Assembly (NCBI RefSeq): GCF_009914755.1
Contig: NC_060948.1
Length of the DNA stretch: 64,000 bases
Strand: one strand, 5' to 3'
Source: the human T2T-CHM13v2.0 reference genome, Homo sapiens
The notes beneath the pieces are model-generated. The model saw nothing but the letters and a program-made list of their open reading frames with translations, was not told the DNA's origin and did not search any database. Both the position numbers and the translations under genes were made by a program. Below are positions 1-18,723 of the stretch, one piece after another. Positions within the stretch are counted from its first letter, which is position 1. Every line of letters starts with the position of its first letter.

Positions 1-1793
<1,793 letters not shown>

Positions 1794-2360
1794 AGATCCA
1801 TATTTTTTAAATGAAAAAAAATTTCAAAGGTACTCTGCTTGGTACAATAATCAAATGTATAAACTGAGGAATAAAACATAACCATGAAACCTACTTATAA
1901 CTGCATATGGAAAATACAGAGGATAATTTTTTAAATAACATATTTTGAAAGCCTTAACTAGTAATTTGAAGAGTTGGCATTTGAAAGGCCAGTATGAATA
2001 TACCTTCAAAGCAGCAACACAGGTTCCCCATGAGAAAAAGCAAACACAGGGAAAATAAAAACACAAAGGTTCAATCTCTTCTGACCTTTGAAAGACACAG
2101 CACAGACAGTGGTCCTTAGGACGAAGAGCAGGAGACCCCTAATTCCGTCACCATGGCGATAGGGCATAAACATTGCTGGGTGAGGGCACAATCCACATTG
2201 TGAGGTCCAACTGCTGCCAGGAAGACAGGAGTGCTTTTACATAGACCGAAAGGTCATTGAAGGCTCAGAGTTTTGTTTCAAGAACTGAATCCCAAGCCCA
2301 CACGTTATTAGGCTGCGCTTCTTAAAACAAGTTATGAGATGGGAAAAAGGGCACCCACAA
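1794..2360. repeat. HSATI subunit of DYZ2 (unit 1; follows every Alu copy, 26 copies)
   Basis: ~570-bp higher-complexity segment between the Alu 5' end and the AT tract (agatccatattttttaaatg...gggcacccacaa). The name is assigned from its position and size in the known DYZ2 architecture, not from a database alignment. Boundaries are approximate. Confidence 0.75.
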
Positions 2361-3921
2361 ACATACGTATACATTATGTATATAATAATGTACAGTATCA
2401 TATATATAATATATATAACCTATGTATAATATTGTTTTACATCCTGCATCTTATGTTATATATATTGTATAAAATATAATAATTGATAATATATAAGTTT
2501 TATAATTATACAATATGACATATAGTATATATTATAATTTATGACATATATAATATATGTTATATATCATATATAGAATATATTATACGGTTAATATACG
2601 TATTAAATATAAATTATACATTATATATATTATATATAATATATCTGTTATATATAATACCCATTATGCATAATATATATATTATGTCTATGTTATATAT
2701 AGTATAAAACAACATATAATAATATATAATTGTATATATAAAATGCGACATATAATATATATTATATTTTATAACATATGTAATATATATTATATATTAT
2801 ATATAATACGTTGTATGTATAATACCTATATTAAATATATATTATATGACTATGTTATTAATTACATGTCACATGTGTTATATATTATATATTTTACATA
2901 GAATATACCGGTTACATACAATATATACTATGTTACCTATAATGTATAATTTATTACATGTAAAATAAAGAATGCAATATATTATGTATAATTTATAATA
3001 TACCATATGTGGAATGTGATATATATAACATATAATATATAATATATGATATACAGTATATGATATATAACATACAATATATGATTCCTAATATATATGG
3101 TATACAATATATATTTTATGATATGTATTCTATATGTTTTATATTCTGTTATATATAACTATTTGAAATTATATATAACTGTATAATATTTTATGTAAAT
3201 ATGTAATATAATATATATAACTATATAATATATTATATATAACTATATATTATGTTATATATACTTTTATAACATAATTTACATAAAATATCATAATATA
3301 ATATATATTATATTATTTCATATTACATAATATATATTACATATCACCCAATATAACTAACATACATAATATTATAATATAGATTATATTATGTTATATT
3401 AAATATCATATATATCATGTATCATATATTCTATAATATATATTACACATTATATAATATGTATGTTGTCTATTATGTGATATATATAACTATATATATA
3501 ATTATATTTTTATACATATAACTAGATAAACATGTAATTCTACATATTTTCATTTATAATATGTAGAATTATATAATCATATATAATTATTTATATTCTA
3601 TAAAAAATTTTATCATTATATAAATTATAATATATAAAAATTATAATATGTACTACAAATATATATATTATATATCATATATGATATAGTACCTTTGTTA
3701 TATATCATAATACATATAAATGTGTATTATCTTATCTATAATTATATAATTTCATATATAAGATGTATAATATGTATCATATATTATATATGTTATGTAA
3801 TATATATAGTATATATAAGATGACACAGGATAAATATTATATACTATGACATATAAAATATATCAGGTTATATGTTACATATAAGGCATAGCACATAACA
3901 TGTAATATATATCATATATAA
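2361..3921. repeat. AT-rich simple-repeat subunit of DYZ2 (first complete copy, ~1.56 kb; present in every unit)
   Basis: AT-rich tract from acatacgtatacattatg to the T-run (Alu tail) at 3922. Confidence 0.9.
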
Positions 3922-4213
3922 TTTTTTTTTAGACAGAATCTTGTCCTGTTGCACAGGGTGGGGTACAATGGCGCCATCTTTGCTCACTGCAACTTCTGCC
4001 TCACGGGTCCAAGCGATTGTCCTCCCTCAGACTCCCAGGTAGCTGGGACTACACCACACTGGGACTACACCAGCTGCCACCATGCCTAGCTAATTATTTG
4101 GATTTTTAGTAGTGACAGCGTTTCACTGTATTGGCCAGGATGGTCTTGATCTCTTCACCTTGTGATCCCCTTGCCTTGGCCTCCAAATTTGCTGGGATTA
4201 CAGGCCTGAGCCA
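3922..4213 (-). mobile_element. Diverged Alu, unit 2
   Basis: Same Alu hallmarks as unit 1. Confidence 0.93.
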
Positions 4214-6314
4214 AGATCCATATTTTTTAAATGAAAAAAAATTTCAAAGGTACTCTGCTTGGTACAATAATCAAATGTATAAACTGAGGAATAAAACACA
4301 ACCATGAAACCTACTTATAACTGCATATGGAAAATACAGAGGATAATTTTTTAAATAACATATTTTGAAAACCTTAACTAGTAATTTGAAGAGCTGGCAT
4401 TTGAAAGGCCAGTATGAATATACCTTCAAAGCAGCAACACAGGTTCCCCATGAGAAAAAGCAAACACAGGGAAAATAAAAACACAAAGGTTCAATCTCTT
4501 CTGACCTTTGAAAGACACAGCACAGACAGTGGTCCTTAGGACGAAGAGCAGGAGACCCCTAATTCCGTCACCATGGCGATAGGGCATAAACATTGCTGGG
4601 TGAGGGCACAATCCACATTGTGAGGTCCAACTGCTGCCAGGAAGACAGGAGTGCTTTTACATAGACCGAAAGGTCATTGAAGGCTCAGAGTTTTGTTTCA
4701 AGAACTGAATCCCAAGCCCACACGTTATTAGGCTGCGCTTCTTAAAACAAGTTATGAGATGGGAAAAAGGGCACCCACAAACATACGTATACATTATGTA
4801 TATAATAATATACAGTATCATATATATAATATATATAACCTATGTATAATATTGTTTTACATCCTGCATCTTATGTTATATATATTGTATAAAATACAAT
4901 AATTGATAACATATAAGTTTTATAATTATACAATATGACATATAGTATATATTATAATTTATGACATATATAATATATGTTATATGTCATATATAGAATA
5001 TATTATACGGTTAATATACGTATTAAATATAAATTATACATTATATATATTTTATATAATATATCTGTTATATATAATAACCATTATGCATAATATATAT
5101 ATTATGTCTATGTTATATATAGTATAAAACAACATATAATAATATATAATTGTATATATAAAATGCGACATATAATATATATTATATTTTATAACATATG
5201 TAATATATATTTTATATTATATATAATACGTTGTATGTATAATACCTATATTAAATATATATTATATGACTATGTTATTAATTACATGTCACATGTGTTA
5301 TATATTATATATTTTACATAGAATATACCGGTTACATACAATATATACTATGTTACCTATAATGTATAATTTATTACATGTAAAATAAAGAATGCAATAT
5401 ATTATGTAAAATTTATAATATACCATATGTGAAATGTGATATATATAACATATAATATATGATATATGATATACAGTGTATGATATATAACATACAATAT
5501 ATGATTCCTAATATATATGGTATACAATATATATTTTATGATATGTATTCTATATGTTTTATATTCTGTTATATATAACTATTTGAAATTATATATAACT
5601 GTATAATATTTTATGTAAATATGTAATATAATATATATAACTATATAATATATTTTATATAACTATATATTGTTATATATACTTTTATAACATAATTTAC
5701 ATAAAATATCATAATATAATATATATTATATTATTTCATATTACATAATATATATTACATATCACCCAATATAACTAACATACATAATATTATAATATAG
5801 ATTATATTATGTTATATTAAATATCATATATATCATGTATCATATATTCTATAATATATATTACACATTATATAATATGTATGTTGTCTATTATGTGATA
5901 TATATAACTATATATAATTATATTTTTATACATATAACTAGATAAACATGTAATTCTACATATTTTCATTTATAATATGTAGAATTATATAATCATATAT
6001 AAATATTTATATTCTATAAAAAATTTTATCATTATATAAATTATAATATATAAAAATTATAATATGTACTACAAATATATATATTATATATCATATATGC
6101 TATAGTACCTTTGTTATATATCATAATACATATAAATGTGTATTATGTTATCTATAATTATATAATTTCATATATACGTTGTATAATATGTATCATATAT
6201 TATATATGTTATGTAATATATATAGTATATATAAGATGACACAGGATAAATATTATATACTATGACATATAAAATATATGAGGTTATATGTTACATATAA
6301 GGCATAGCACATAA

Positions 6315-6629
<315 letters not shown>

Positions 6630-8734
6630 AGATCCATATTTTTTAAATGAAAAAAAATTTCAAAGGTACTCTGCTTGGTACAATAATCAAATGTATAAAC
6701 TGAGGAATAAAACATAACCATGAAACCTACTTATAACTGCATATGGAAAATACAGAGGATAATTTTTTAAATAACATATTTTGAAAGCCTTAACTAGTAA
6801 TTTGAAGAGTTGGCATTTGAAAGGCCAGTATGAATATACCTTCAAAGCAGCAACACAGGTTCCCCATGAGAAAAAGCAAACACAGGGAAAATAAAACCAC
6901 AAAGGTTCAATCTCTTCTGACCTTTGAAAGACACAGCACAGACACTGGTCCTTAGGACGAAGAGCAGGAGACCCCTAATTCCGTCACCATGGCGATAGGG
7001 CATAAACATTGCTGGGTGAGGGCACAATCCACATTGTGAGGTCCAACTGCTGCCAGGAAGACAGGAGTGCTTTTACATAGACCGAAAGGTCATTGAAGGC
7101 TCAGAGTTTTGTTTCAAGAACTGAATCCCAAGCCCACACGTTATTAGGCTGCGCTTCTTAAAACAGGTTATGAGATGGGAAAAAGGGCACCCACAAACAT
7201 ACGTATACATTATGTATATAATAATATACAGTATCATATATATAATATATATAACCTATGTATAATATTGTTTTACATCCTGCATCTTATGTTATATATA
7301 TTGTATAAAATATAATAATTGATAATATATAAGTTTTAAAATTATACAATATGACATATAGTATATATTATAATTTATGACATATATAATATATGTTATA
7401 TATCATATATAGAACATATTATACGGTTAATATACGTATTAAATATAAATTATATATTATATATATTATATATAATATATCTGTTATATATAATACCCAT
7501 TATGCATAATATATATATTATGTCTATGTTATATATAGTATAAAACAACATATAATAATATATAATTGTATATAGAAAACGCGACATATAATATATATTA
7601 TATTTTATGACATATGTAATATATATTATATATTATATAAAATACGTTGTATGTATAATACCTATATTAAATATATATTATATGACTATGTTATTAATTA
7701 CATATCACATATGTTATATATTATATATTTTACATAGAATATACCGGTTACATACAATATATACTATGTTACCTATAATGTATAATTGATTACATGTAAA
7801 ATAAAGAATGCAATATATTATATATAATTTATAATATACAATATGTGGAATGTGATATATATAACATATAATATATGATATATGATATACAGTATATGAT
7901 ATATAACATACAATATATGATTCCTAATATATATGTTATACAATATATATTTTATGATATGTATTCTATATGTTTTATATTCTGTTATATATAACTATTT
8001 GAAATTATATATAACTGTATAATATTTTATGTAAATATGTAATATAATATATATAACTATATAATATATTATATATAACTATATATTATGTTATATATAA
8101 TTTTATAACATAATTTACATAAAATATCATAATATAATATATATTATATTATTTCATATTACATAATATATATTAAATATCACCCAATATAACTAACATA
8201 CATAATATTATAATATAGATTATATTATATTATATTAAATATCATATATATCATGTATCATATATTCTATAATATATATTACACATTATATAATATGTAT
8301 GTTGTCTAATATGTGATATATATAACTATATATATAATTATATTTTTAAACATATAACTAGATAAACATGTAATTCTACATATTTTCATTTATAATATGT
8401 AGAATTATATAATCATATATAAATATTTATATTCTATAAAAAATTTTATCATTATATAAATTATAATATATAAAAATTATAATATGTACTACAAATATAT
8501 ATATTATATATCATATATGATATAGTACCTTTGTTATATATCATAATACATGTAAATGTGTATTATGTTATCTATAATTATATAATTTCATATATAAGAT
8601 GTATAATATGTATCATATATTATATATGTTATGTAATATATATAATATATATAAGATGACACAGGATAAATATTATATACTATGACATATAAAATATATG
8701 AGGTTATATGTTACATATAAGGCATAGCACATAA

Positions 8735-9049
<315 letters not shown>

Positions 9050-11154
9050 AGATCCATATTTTTTAAATGAAAAAAAATTTCAAAGGTACTCTGCTTGGTA
9101 CAATAATCAAATGTATAAACTGAGGAATAAAACATAACCATGAAACCTACTTATAACTGCATATGGAAAATACAGAGGATAATTTTTTAAATAACATATT
9201 TTGAAAGCCTTAACTAGTAATTTGAAGAGCTGGCATTTGAAAGGCCTGTATGAATATACCTTCAAAGCAGCAACACAGGTTCCCCATGAGAAAAAGCAAA
9301 CACAGGGAAAATAAAAACACAAAGGTTCAATCTCTTCTGACCTTTGAAAGACACAGCACAGACAGTGGTCCTTAGGACGAAGAGCAGGAGACCCCTAATT
9401 CCGTCACCATGGCGATAGGGCATAAACATTGCTGGGTGAGGGCACAATCCACATTGTGAAGTCCAACTGCTGCCAGGAAGACAGGAGTGCTTTTACATAG
9501 ACCGAAAGGTCATTGAAGGCTCAGAGTTTTGTTTCAAGAACTGAATCCCAAGCCCACACGTTATTAGGCTGCGCTTCTTAAAACAGGTTATGAGATGGGA
9601 AAAAGGGCACCCACAAACATACGTATACATTATGTATATAATAATATACAGTATCATATATATAATATATATAACCTATGTATAATATTGTTTTACATCC
9701 TGCATCTTATGTTATATATATTGTATAAAATATAATAATTGATAATATATAAGTTTTAAAATTATACAATATGACATATAGTATATATTATAATTTATGA
9801 CATATATAATATATGTTATATATCATATATAGAACATATTATACGGTTAATATACGTATTAAATATAAATTATATATTATATATATTATATATAATATAT
9901 CTGTTATATATAATACCCATTATGCATAATATATATATTATGTCTATGTTATATATAGTATAAAACAACATATAATAATATATAATTGTATGTAGAAAAC
10001 GCGACATATAATATATATTATATTTTATGACATATGTAATATATATTATATATTATATAAAATACGTTGTATGTATAATACCTATATTAAATATATATTA
10101 TATGACTATGTTATTAATTACATATCACATATGTTATATATTATATATTTTACATAGAATATACCGGTTACATACAATATATACTATGTTACCTATAATG
10201 TATAATTGATTACATGTAAAATAAAGAATGCAATATATTATATATAATTTATAATATACAATATGTGGAATGTGATATATATAACATATAATATATGATA
10301 TATGATATACAGTATATGATATATAACATACAATATATGATTCCTAATATATATGTTATACAATATATATTTTATGATATGTATTCTATATGTTTTATAT
10401 TCTGTTATATATAACTATTTGAAATTATATATAACTGTATAATATTTTATGTAAATATGTAATATAATATATATAACTATATAATATATTATATATAACT
10501 ATATATTATGTTATATATAATTTTATAACATAATTTACATAAAATATCATAATATAATATATATTATATTATTTCATATTACATAATATATATTAAATAT
10601 CACCCAATATAACTAACATACATAATATTATAATATAGATTATATTATATTATATTAAATATCATATATATCATGTATCATATATTCTATAATATATATT
10701 ACACATTATATAATATGTATGTTGTCTAATATGTGATATATATAACTATATATATAATTATATTTTTATACATATAACTAGATAAACATGTAATTCTACA
10801 TATTTTCATTTATAATATGTAGAATTATATAATCATATATAAATATTTATATTCTATAAAAAATTTTATCATTATATAAATTATAATATATAAAAATTAT
10901 AATATGTACTACAAATATATATATTATATATCATATATGATATAGTACCTTTGTTATATATCATAATACATGTAAATGTGTATTATGTTATCTATAATTA
11001 TATAATTTCATATATAAGATGTATAATATGTATCATATATTATATATGTTATGTAATATATATAATATATATAAGATGACACAGGATAAATATTATATAC
11101 TATGACATATAAAATATATGAGGTTATATGTTACATATAAGGCATAGCACATAA

Positions 11155-11469
<315 letters not shown>

Positions 11470-13595
11470 AGATCCATATTTTTTAAATGAAAAAAAATTT
11501 CAAAGGTACTCTGCTTGGTACAATAATCAAATGTATAAACTGAGGAATAAAACATAACCATGAAACCTACTTATAACTGCATATGGAAAATACAGAGGAT
11601 AATTTTTTAAATAACATATTTTGAAAGCCTTAACTAGTAATTTGAAGAGCTGGCATTTGAAAGGCCTGTATGAATATACCTTCAAAGCAGCAACACAGGT
11701 TCCCCATGAGAAAAAGCAAACACAGGGAAAATAAAAACACAAAGGTTCAATCTCTTCTGACCTTTGAAAGACACAGCACAGACAGTGGTCCTTAGGACGA
11801 AGAGCAGGAGACCCCTAATTCCGTCACCATGGCGATAGGGCATAAACATTGCTGGGTGAGGGCACAATCCACATTGTGAAGTCCAACTGCTGCCAGGAAG
11901 ACAGGAGTGCTTTTACATAGACCGAAAGGTCATTGAAGGCTCAGAGTTTTGTTTCAAGAACTGAATCCCAAGCCCACACGTTATTAGGCTGCGCTTCTTA
12001 AAACAAGTTATGAGATGGGAAAAAGGGCACCCACAAACATACGTATACATTATGTATATAATAATATACAGTATCATATATATAATATATATAACCTATG
12101 TATAATATTGTTTTACATCCTGCATCTTATGTTATATATATTGTATAAAATACAATAATTGATAATATATAAGTATTATAATTATACAATATGACATATA
12201 GTATATATTATAATTTATGACATATATAATATATGTTATATGTCATATATAGAATATATTATACGGTTAATATACGTATTAAATATAAATTATACATTAT
12301 ATATATTATATATAATATATCTGTTATATATAATACCCATTATGCATAATATATATATTATGTCTATGTTATATATAGTATAAAACAACATATAATAATA
12401 TATAATTGTATATAGAAAACGCGACATATAATATATATTATATTTTATGACATATGTAATATATATTATATATTATATAAAATACGTTGTATGTATAATA
12501 CCTATATTAAATATATATTATATGACTATGTTATTAATTACATGTCACATATGTTATATATTATATATTTTACATAGAATATACCGGTTACATACAATAT
12601 ATACTATGTTACCTATAATGTATAATTGATTACATGTAAAATAAAGAATGCAATATATTATATATAATTTATAATATACAATATGTGGAATGTGATATAT
12701 ATAACATATAATATATGATATATGATATACAGTATATGATATATAACATACAATATATGATACCTAATATATATGGTATACAATATATATTTTATGATAT
12801 GTATTCTCTATGTTTTACATTCTGTTATATATAACTATTTGAAATTATATATAACTGTATAATATTTTATGTAAATATGTAATATAATATATATAACTAT
12901 ATAATATATTATAAATAACTATATATTATGTTATATATACTTTTATAACATAATTTACATAAAATATCATAATATAATATATATTATATTATTTCATATT
13001 ACATAATATATATTACATATCACCCAATATAAGTAACATACATAATATTATAATATAGAATATATTATGTTATATTAAATATCATATATATCATGTATCA
13101 TATATGCTATAATATATATTAAACAATATATAATATGTATGTTGCCTATTATGTGATATATATAACTATATATATAATTATATTATTATACATATAACTA
13201 GATAAACATGTAATTCTACATATTTAGATTTATAATATATATAATTATATAATCATATTTAATTATTTAAATTCTATAAAAAATTATATCATTATATAAA
13301 TTATAATATATAATAATTATAATATGTACTAGAAATATATATTATATATCATATATGATATAGTACCTTTGTTATATATCATAATACATATAAATGTGTA
13401 TTATGTTATCGATAATTATATAATTTCATATATAAGATATATAATATGTATTATATATTATATATGTTATGCAATATATATAGTATATATAAGATGACAC
13501 AGGATAAATATTATATACTATGACATATAAAATATATGAGGTTATATGTTACATATAAGGCATAGCACATAACATGTAATATATATCATATATAA

Positions 13596-13887
<292 letters not shown>

Positions 13888-16013
13888 AGATCCATATTTT
13901 TTAAATGAAAAAAAATTTCAAAGGTACTCTGCTTGGTACATTAATCAAATGTAGAAACTGAGGAATAAAACATAACCATGAAACCTAGTTATAACTGCAT
14001 ATGGAAAATACAGAGGATAATTTTTTAAATAACATATTTTGAAAGCCTTAACTAGTAATTTGAAGAGTTGGCATTTGAAAGGCCAGTATGAATATACCTT
14101 CAAAGCAGCAACACAGGTTCCCCATGAGAAAAAGCAAACTCAGGGAAAATAAAACCACAAAGGTTCTATCTCTTCTGACCTTTGAAAGACACAGCACAGA
14201 CAGTGGTCCTTAGGACGAAGAGCAGGAGACCCCTAATTCCGTCACCATGGCGATAGGGCGTAAACATTGCTGGGTGAGGACACAATCCACATTGTGAGGT
14301 CCAACTGCTGCCAGGAAGACAGGAGTGCTTTTACATAGACCGAAAGGTCATTGAAGGCTTAGAGTTTTGTTTCAAGAACTGAATCCCAAGCCCACACGTT
14401 ATTAGGCTGCGCTTCTTAAAACAAGTTATGAGATGGGAAAAAGGGCACCCACAAACATACGTATACATTATGTATATAATAATATACAGTATCATATATA
14501 TAATATATATAACCTATGTATAATATTGTTTTACATAATGCATCTTATATTATATATATTGTATAAAATATAATAATTGATAATATATAAGTTTTATATT
14601 TATACAATATGACATATAGTATATATTATAATTTATGACATATATAATATATGTTATATATCATATATAAAATATAATATACGGTTAATATACGTATTAA
14701 ATATAAATTATACATTACATATATTATATATAATATATCTGTTATATATAATACCCATTACGCATAATATATATATTATGTCTATGTTATATATAGTATA
14801 AAACAACATATAATAATATATAATTGTATATATAAAATGCGACATATAATATATATTATATTTTATAACATATGTAATATATATTATATATTATATATAA
14901 TACGTTGTATGTATAATACCTATAATAAATATATATTATATGACTATGTTATTAATTACATGTCACATGTGTTATATATTATATATTTTACATAGAATAT
15001 ACCGGTTACATACAATATATACTATGTTACCTATAATGAATAATTTATTACATGTAAAATAAAGAATGCAATATATTATGTATAATTTATAATATACAAT
15101 ATGTGGAATGTGATATATATAACATATAATATATGATATATGATATACAGTATATGATATATAACATGCAATATATGATACCTAATATATATGGTACACA
15201 ATATATATTTTATGATATGTATTCTATATGTTTTATATTCTGTTATATATAACTATTTGAAATTATATATAACTGTATAATATTTTATGTAAATATGTAA
15301 TATAATATATATAACTATATAATATATTATATATAACTATATATTATGTTATATATAATTTTATAACATAATTTACATAAAATATCATAATATAATATAT
15401 ATTATATTATTTCATATTACATAATATATATTACATATCACCCAATATAAGTATCATACATAATATTATAATGTAGATTATGTTATGTTATATTAAATAT
15501 CATATATATCATGTATCATATATTCTATAATATATATTATACATTATATAATATGTATGTTGTCTATTATGTGATATATATAACTATATATATAATTATA
15601 TTATTATACATATAACTAGATAAACATGTAATTCTACATATTTTCATTTATAATATGTAGAATTATATAATCATATATAATTATTTATATTCTATAAAAA
15701 ATTATATCATTATATAAATTATAATATATAAAAATTATAATATGTACTACAAATATATATATTATATCATATATGATATAGTACCTTTGTTATATATCAT
15801 AATACATATAAATGTGTATTATGTTATCTATAATTATATAATTTCATATATAAGATTTATAATATTTATTATATATTATATATGTTATGTAATATATATA
15901 GTATATATAAGATGACACAGGATAAATATTATATACTATGACATATAAAATATATGAGGTTATATGTTACATATAAGGCATATCACATGACATGTAATAT
16001 ATATCATCTATAA

Positions 16014-16304
16014 TTTTTTTTAGACAGAGTCTTGTCCTGTTGCACAGTGTGGAGTACAATGGCGCCATCTTTGCTCACTGCAACATCTGCCTCACGGGTA
16101 CAAGCGATTGTCCTCCCTCAGCCTCCCAGGTAGCTGGGACTACACCACACTGGGACTACACCAGCTGCCACCATGCCTAGCTAATTTTTTGGATTTTTAG
16201 CAGTGACAGCGTTTTACTGTATTGGCCAGGATGGTCTTGATCTCTTCACCTTGTGATCCCCTTGCCTTGGCCTCCAAATATGCTGGGATTACAGGCCTGA
16301 GCCA
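16014..16304 (-). mobile_element. Diverged Alu, unit 7 (agagtctt/ggagtac variant)
   Basis: Same Alu hallmarks, variant class. Confidence 0.93.
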
Positions 16305-18432
16305 AGATCCATATTTTTTAAATGAAAAAAAATTTCAAAGTTACTCTGCTTGGTACAATAATCAAATGTATAAACTGAGGAATAAAACATAACCATGAAA
16401 CCTACTTATAACTGCATATGGAAAATACAGAGGATAATTTTTTAAATAACATATTTTGAAAGCCTTAACTAGTAATTTGAAGAGTTGGCATTTGAAAGGC
16501 CAGTATGAATATACCTTCAAAGCAGCAACACAGGTTCCCCATGAGAAAAAGCAAACTCAGGGAAAATAAAACCACAAACGTTCAATCTCTTCTGACCTTT
16601 GAAAGACACAGCACAGACAGTGGTCCTTAGGACGAAGAGCAGGAGACCCCTAATTCCGTCACCATGGCGATAGGGCATAAACATTGCTGGGTGAGGGCAC
16701 AATCCACATTGTGAGGTCCAACTGTTGCCAGGAAGACAGGAGTGCTTTTACATAGACCGAAACGTCATTGAAGGCTCAGAGTTTTATTTCAAGAACTGAA
16801 TCCCAAGCCCACACGTTATTAGGCTGCGCTTCTTAAAACAAGTTATGAGATGGGAAAAAGGGCACCCACAAACATACGTATACATTATGTATATAATAAT
16901 ATACAGTATCATATATATAATATATATAACCTATGTATAATATTGTTTTACATCCTGCATCTTATATTATATATATTGTATAAAATATAATAATTGATAA
17001 TATATAAGTTTTATATTTATAAAATATGACATATAGTATATATTATAATTTATGACATATATAATATATGTTATATATCATGTATAGAATATATTATACG
17101 GTTAATATACGTATTAAATATAAATTATACATTATATATATTATATATAATATATCTGTTATATATAATACCCATTACGCATAATATGTATATTATGTCT
17201 ATGTTATATATAGTATAAAACAACATATAATAATATATAATTGTATATATAAAATGCAACATATAATATATATTATATTTTATGACATATGTAATATATA
17301 TTATATATTATATATAATACGTTGTATGTATAATACCTATAATAAATATATATTATATGACTATGTTATTAATTACATGTCACATGTGTTATATATTATA
17401 TATTTTACATAGAATATACCGGTTACATACAATATATACTATGTTACCTATAATGTATAATTTATTACATGTAAAATAAAGAATGCAATATATTATGTAT
17501 AATTTATAATATACAATATGTGGAATGTGATATATATAACATATAATATATGATATATGATATACAGTATATGATATATAACATACAATATATGATACCT
17601 AATATATATGGTATACAATATATATTTTATGATATGTATTCTATATGTTTTATATTCTGTTATATATAACTATTTGAAATTATATATAACTGTATAATAT
17701 TTTATGTAAATATGTAATATAACATATATAACTATATAATATATTATATATAACTATATATTATGGTATATATACTTTTATAACATAATTTACATAAAAT
17801 ATCATAATATAATATATATTATATTATTTCATATTACATAATATATATTACATATCACCCAATATAAGTAACATACATAATATTATAATATAGATTATGT
17901 TATGTTATATTAAATATCATATATATCAAGTATCATATATTCTATAATATATTTTATACATTATATAATATGTATGTTGTCTATTATGTGATATATCTAA
18001 CTATTTATATAATTATATTATTATACATATAACTAGATAAACATGTAATTCTACATATTTTCATTTATAATATATAGAATTATATAATCATATATAATTA
18101 TTTATATTCTATAAAAAATTATATCATTATATAAATTATAATATATAAAAATTATAATATGTACTACAAATATATATATTATATATCATATATGATATAG
18201 TAACTTTGTAATATATCATAATACATATAAATGTGTATTATGTTATCTATAATTATATAAATTCATATATAAGATTTATAATATTTATTATATATTATAT
18301 ATGTTATGTAATATATATAGTATATATAAGATGACACAGGATAAATATTATATACTATGACATATAAAATATATCAGGTTATATGTTACATATAAGGCAT
18401 AGCACATAACAGGTAATATATATCATATATAA

Positions 18433-18723
18433 CTTTTTTTAGACAGAATCTTGTCCTGTTGCACAGGGTGGGGTACAATGGCGCCATCTTTGCTCACTGC
18501 AACTTGTGCCTCACGGGTCCAAGCGATTGTCCTCCCTCAGCCTCCCAGGTAGCTGGGACTACACCACACTGGGACTACACCAGCTGCCACCATGCCTAGC
18601 TAATTATTTGGATTTTTAGTAGTGACAGCGTTTCACTGTATTGGCCAGGATGGTCTTGATCTCTTCACCTTGTGATCCCCTTGCCTTGGCCTCCAAATTT
18701 GCTGGGATTACAGGCCTGAGCCA
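18433..18723 (-). mobile_element. Diverged Alu, unit 8
   Basis: Same Alu hallmarks, shorter T-run. Confidence 0.93.

Noticed and set aside
1851-2191. Recurrent 71-aa and 61-aa minus-strand ORFs in HSATI (MCFYFPCVCFF..., MCPHPAMFMPY...)
   Set aside because: They are short, overlap in different frames and resemble no protein I recognise. Recurrence simply follows the DNA repeat. They are freely lost (units 6, 7, 8, 10, 25, 26) or altered by amino-acid changes, with no sign of coding constraint.
2361-3921. TATA boxes, polyadenylation signals (aataaa), or an organellar/Plasmodium-like AT-rich origin
   Set aside because: Such motifs are expected by chance in sequence this AT-rich, there is no associated gene, and the tract is a fixed subunit of a primate satellite.
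7607-7789. Tyr/Ile-rich ORFs in the AT tract (also 10027, 12447, 22121, 26671, 26959, 53128)
   Set aside because: These are translation artefacts of (TA)n-like sequence (TAT/ATA codons), opened by chance stop-removing variants.
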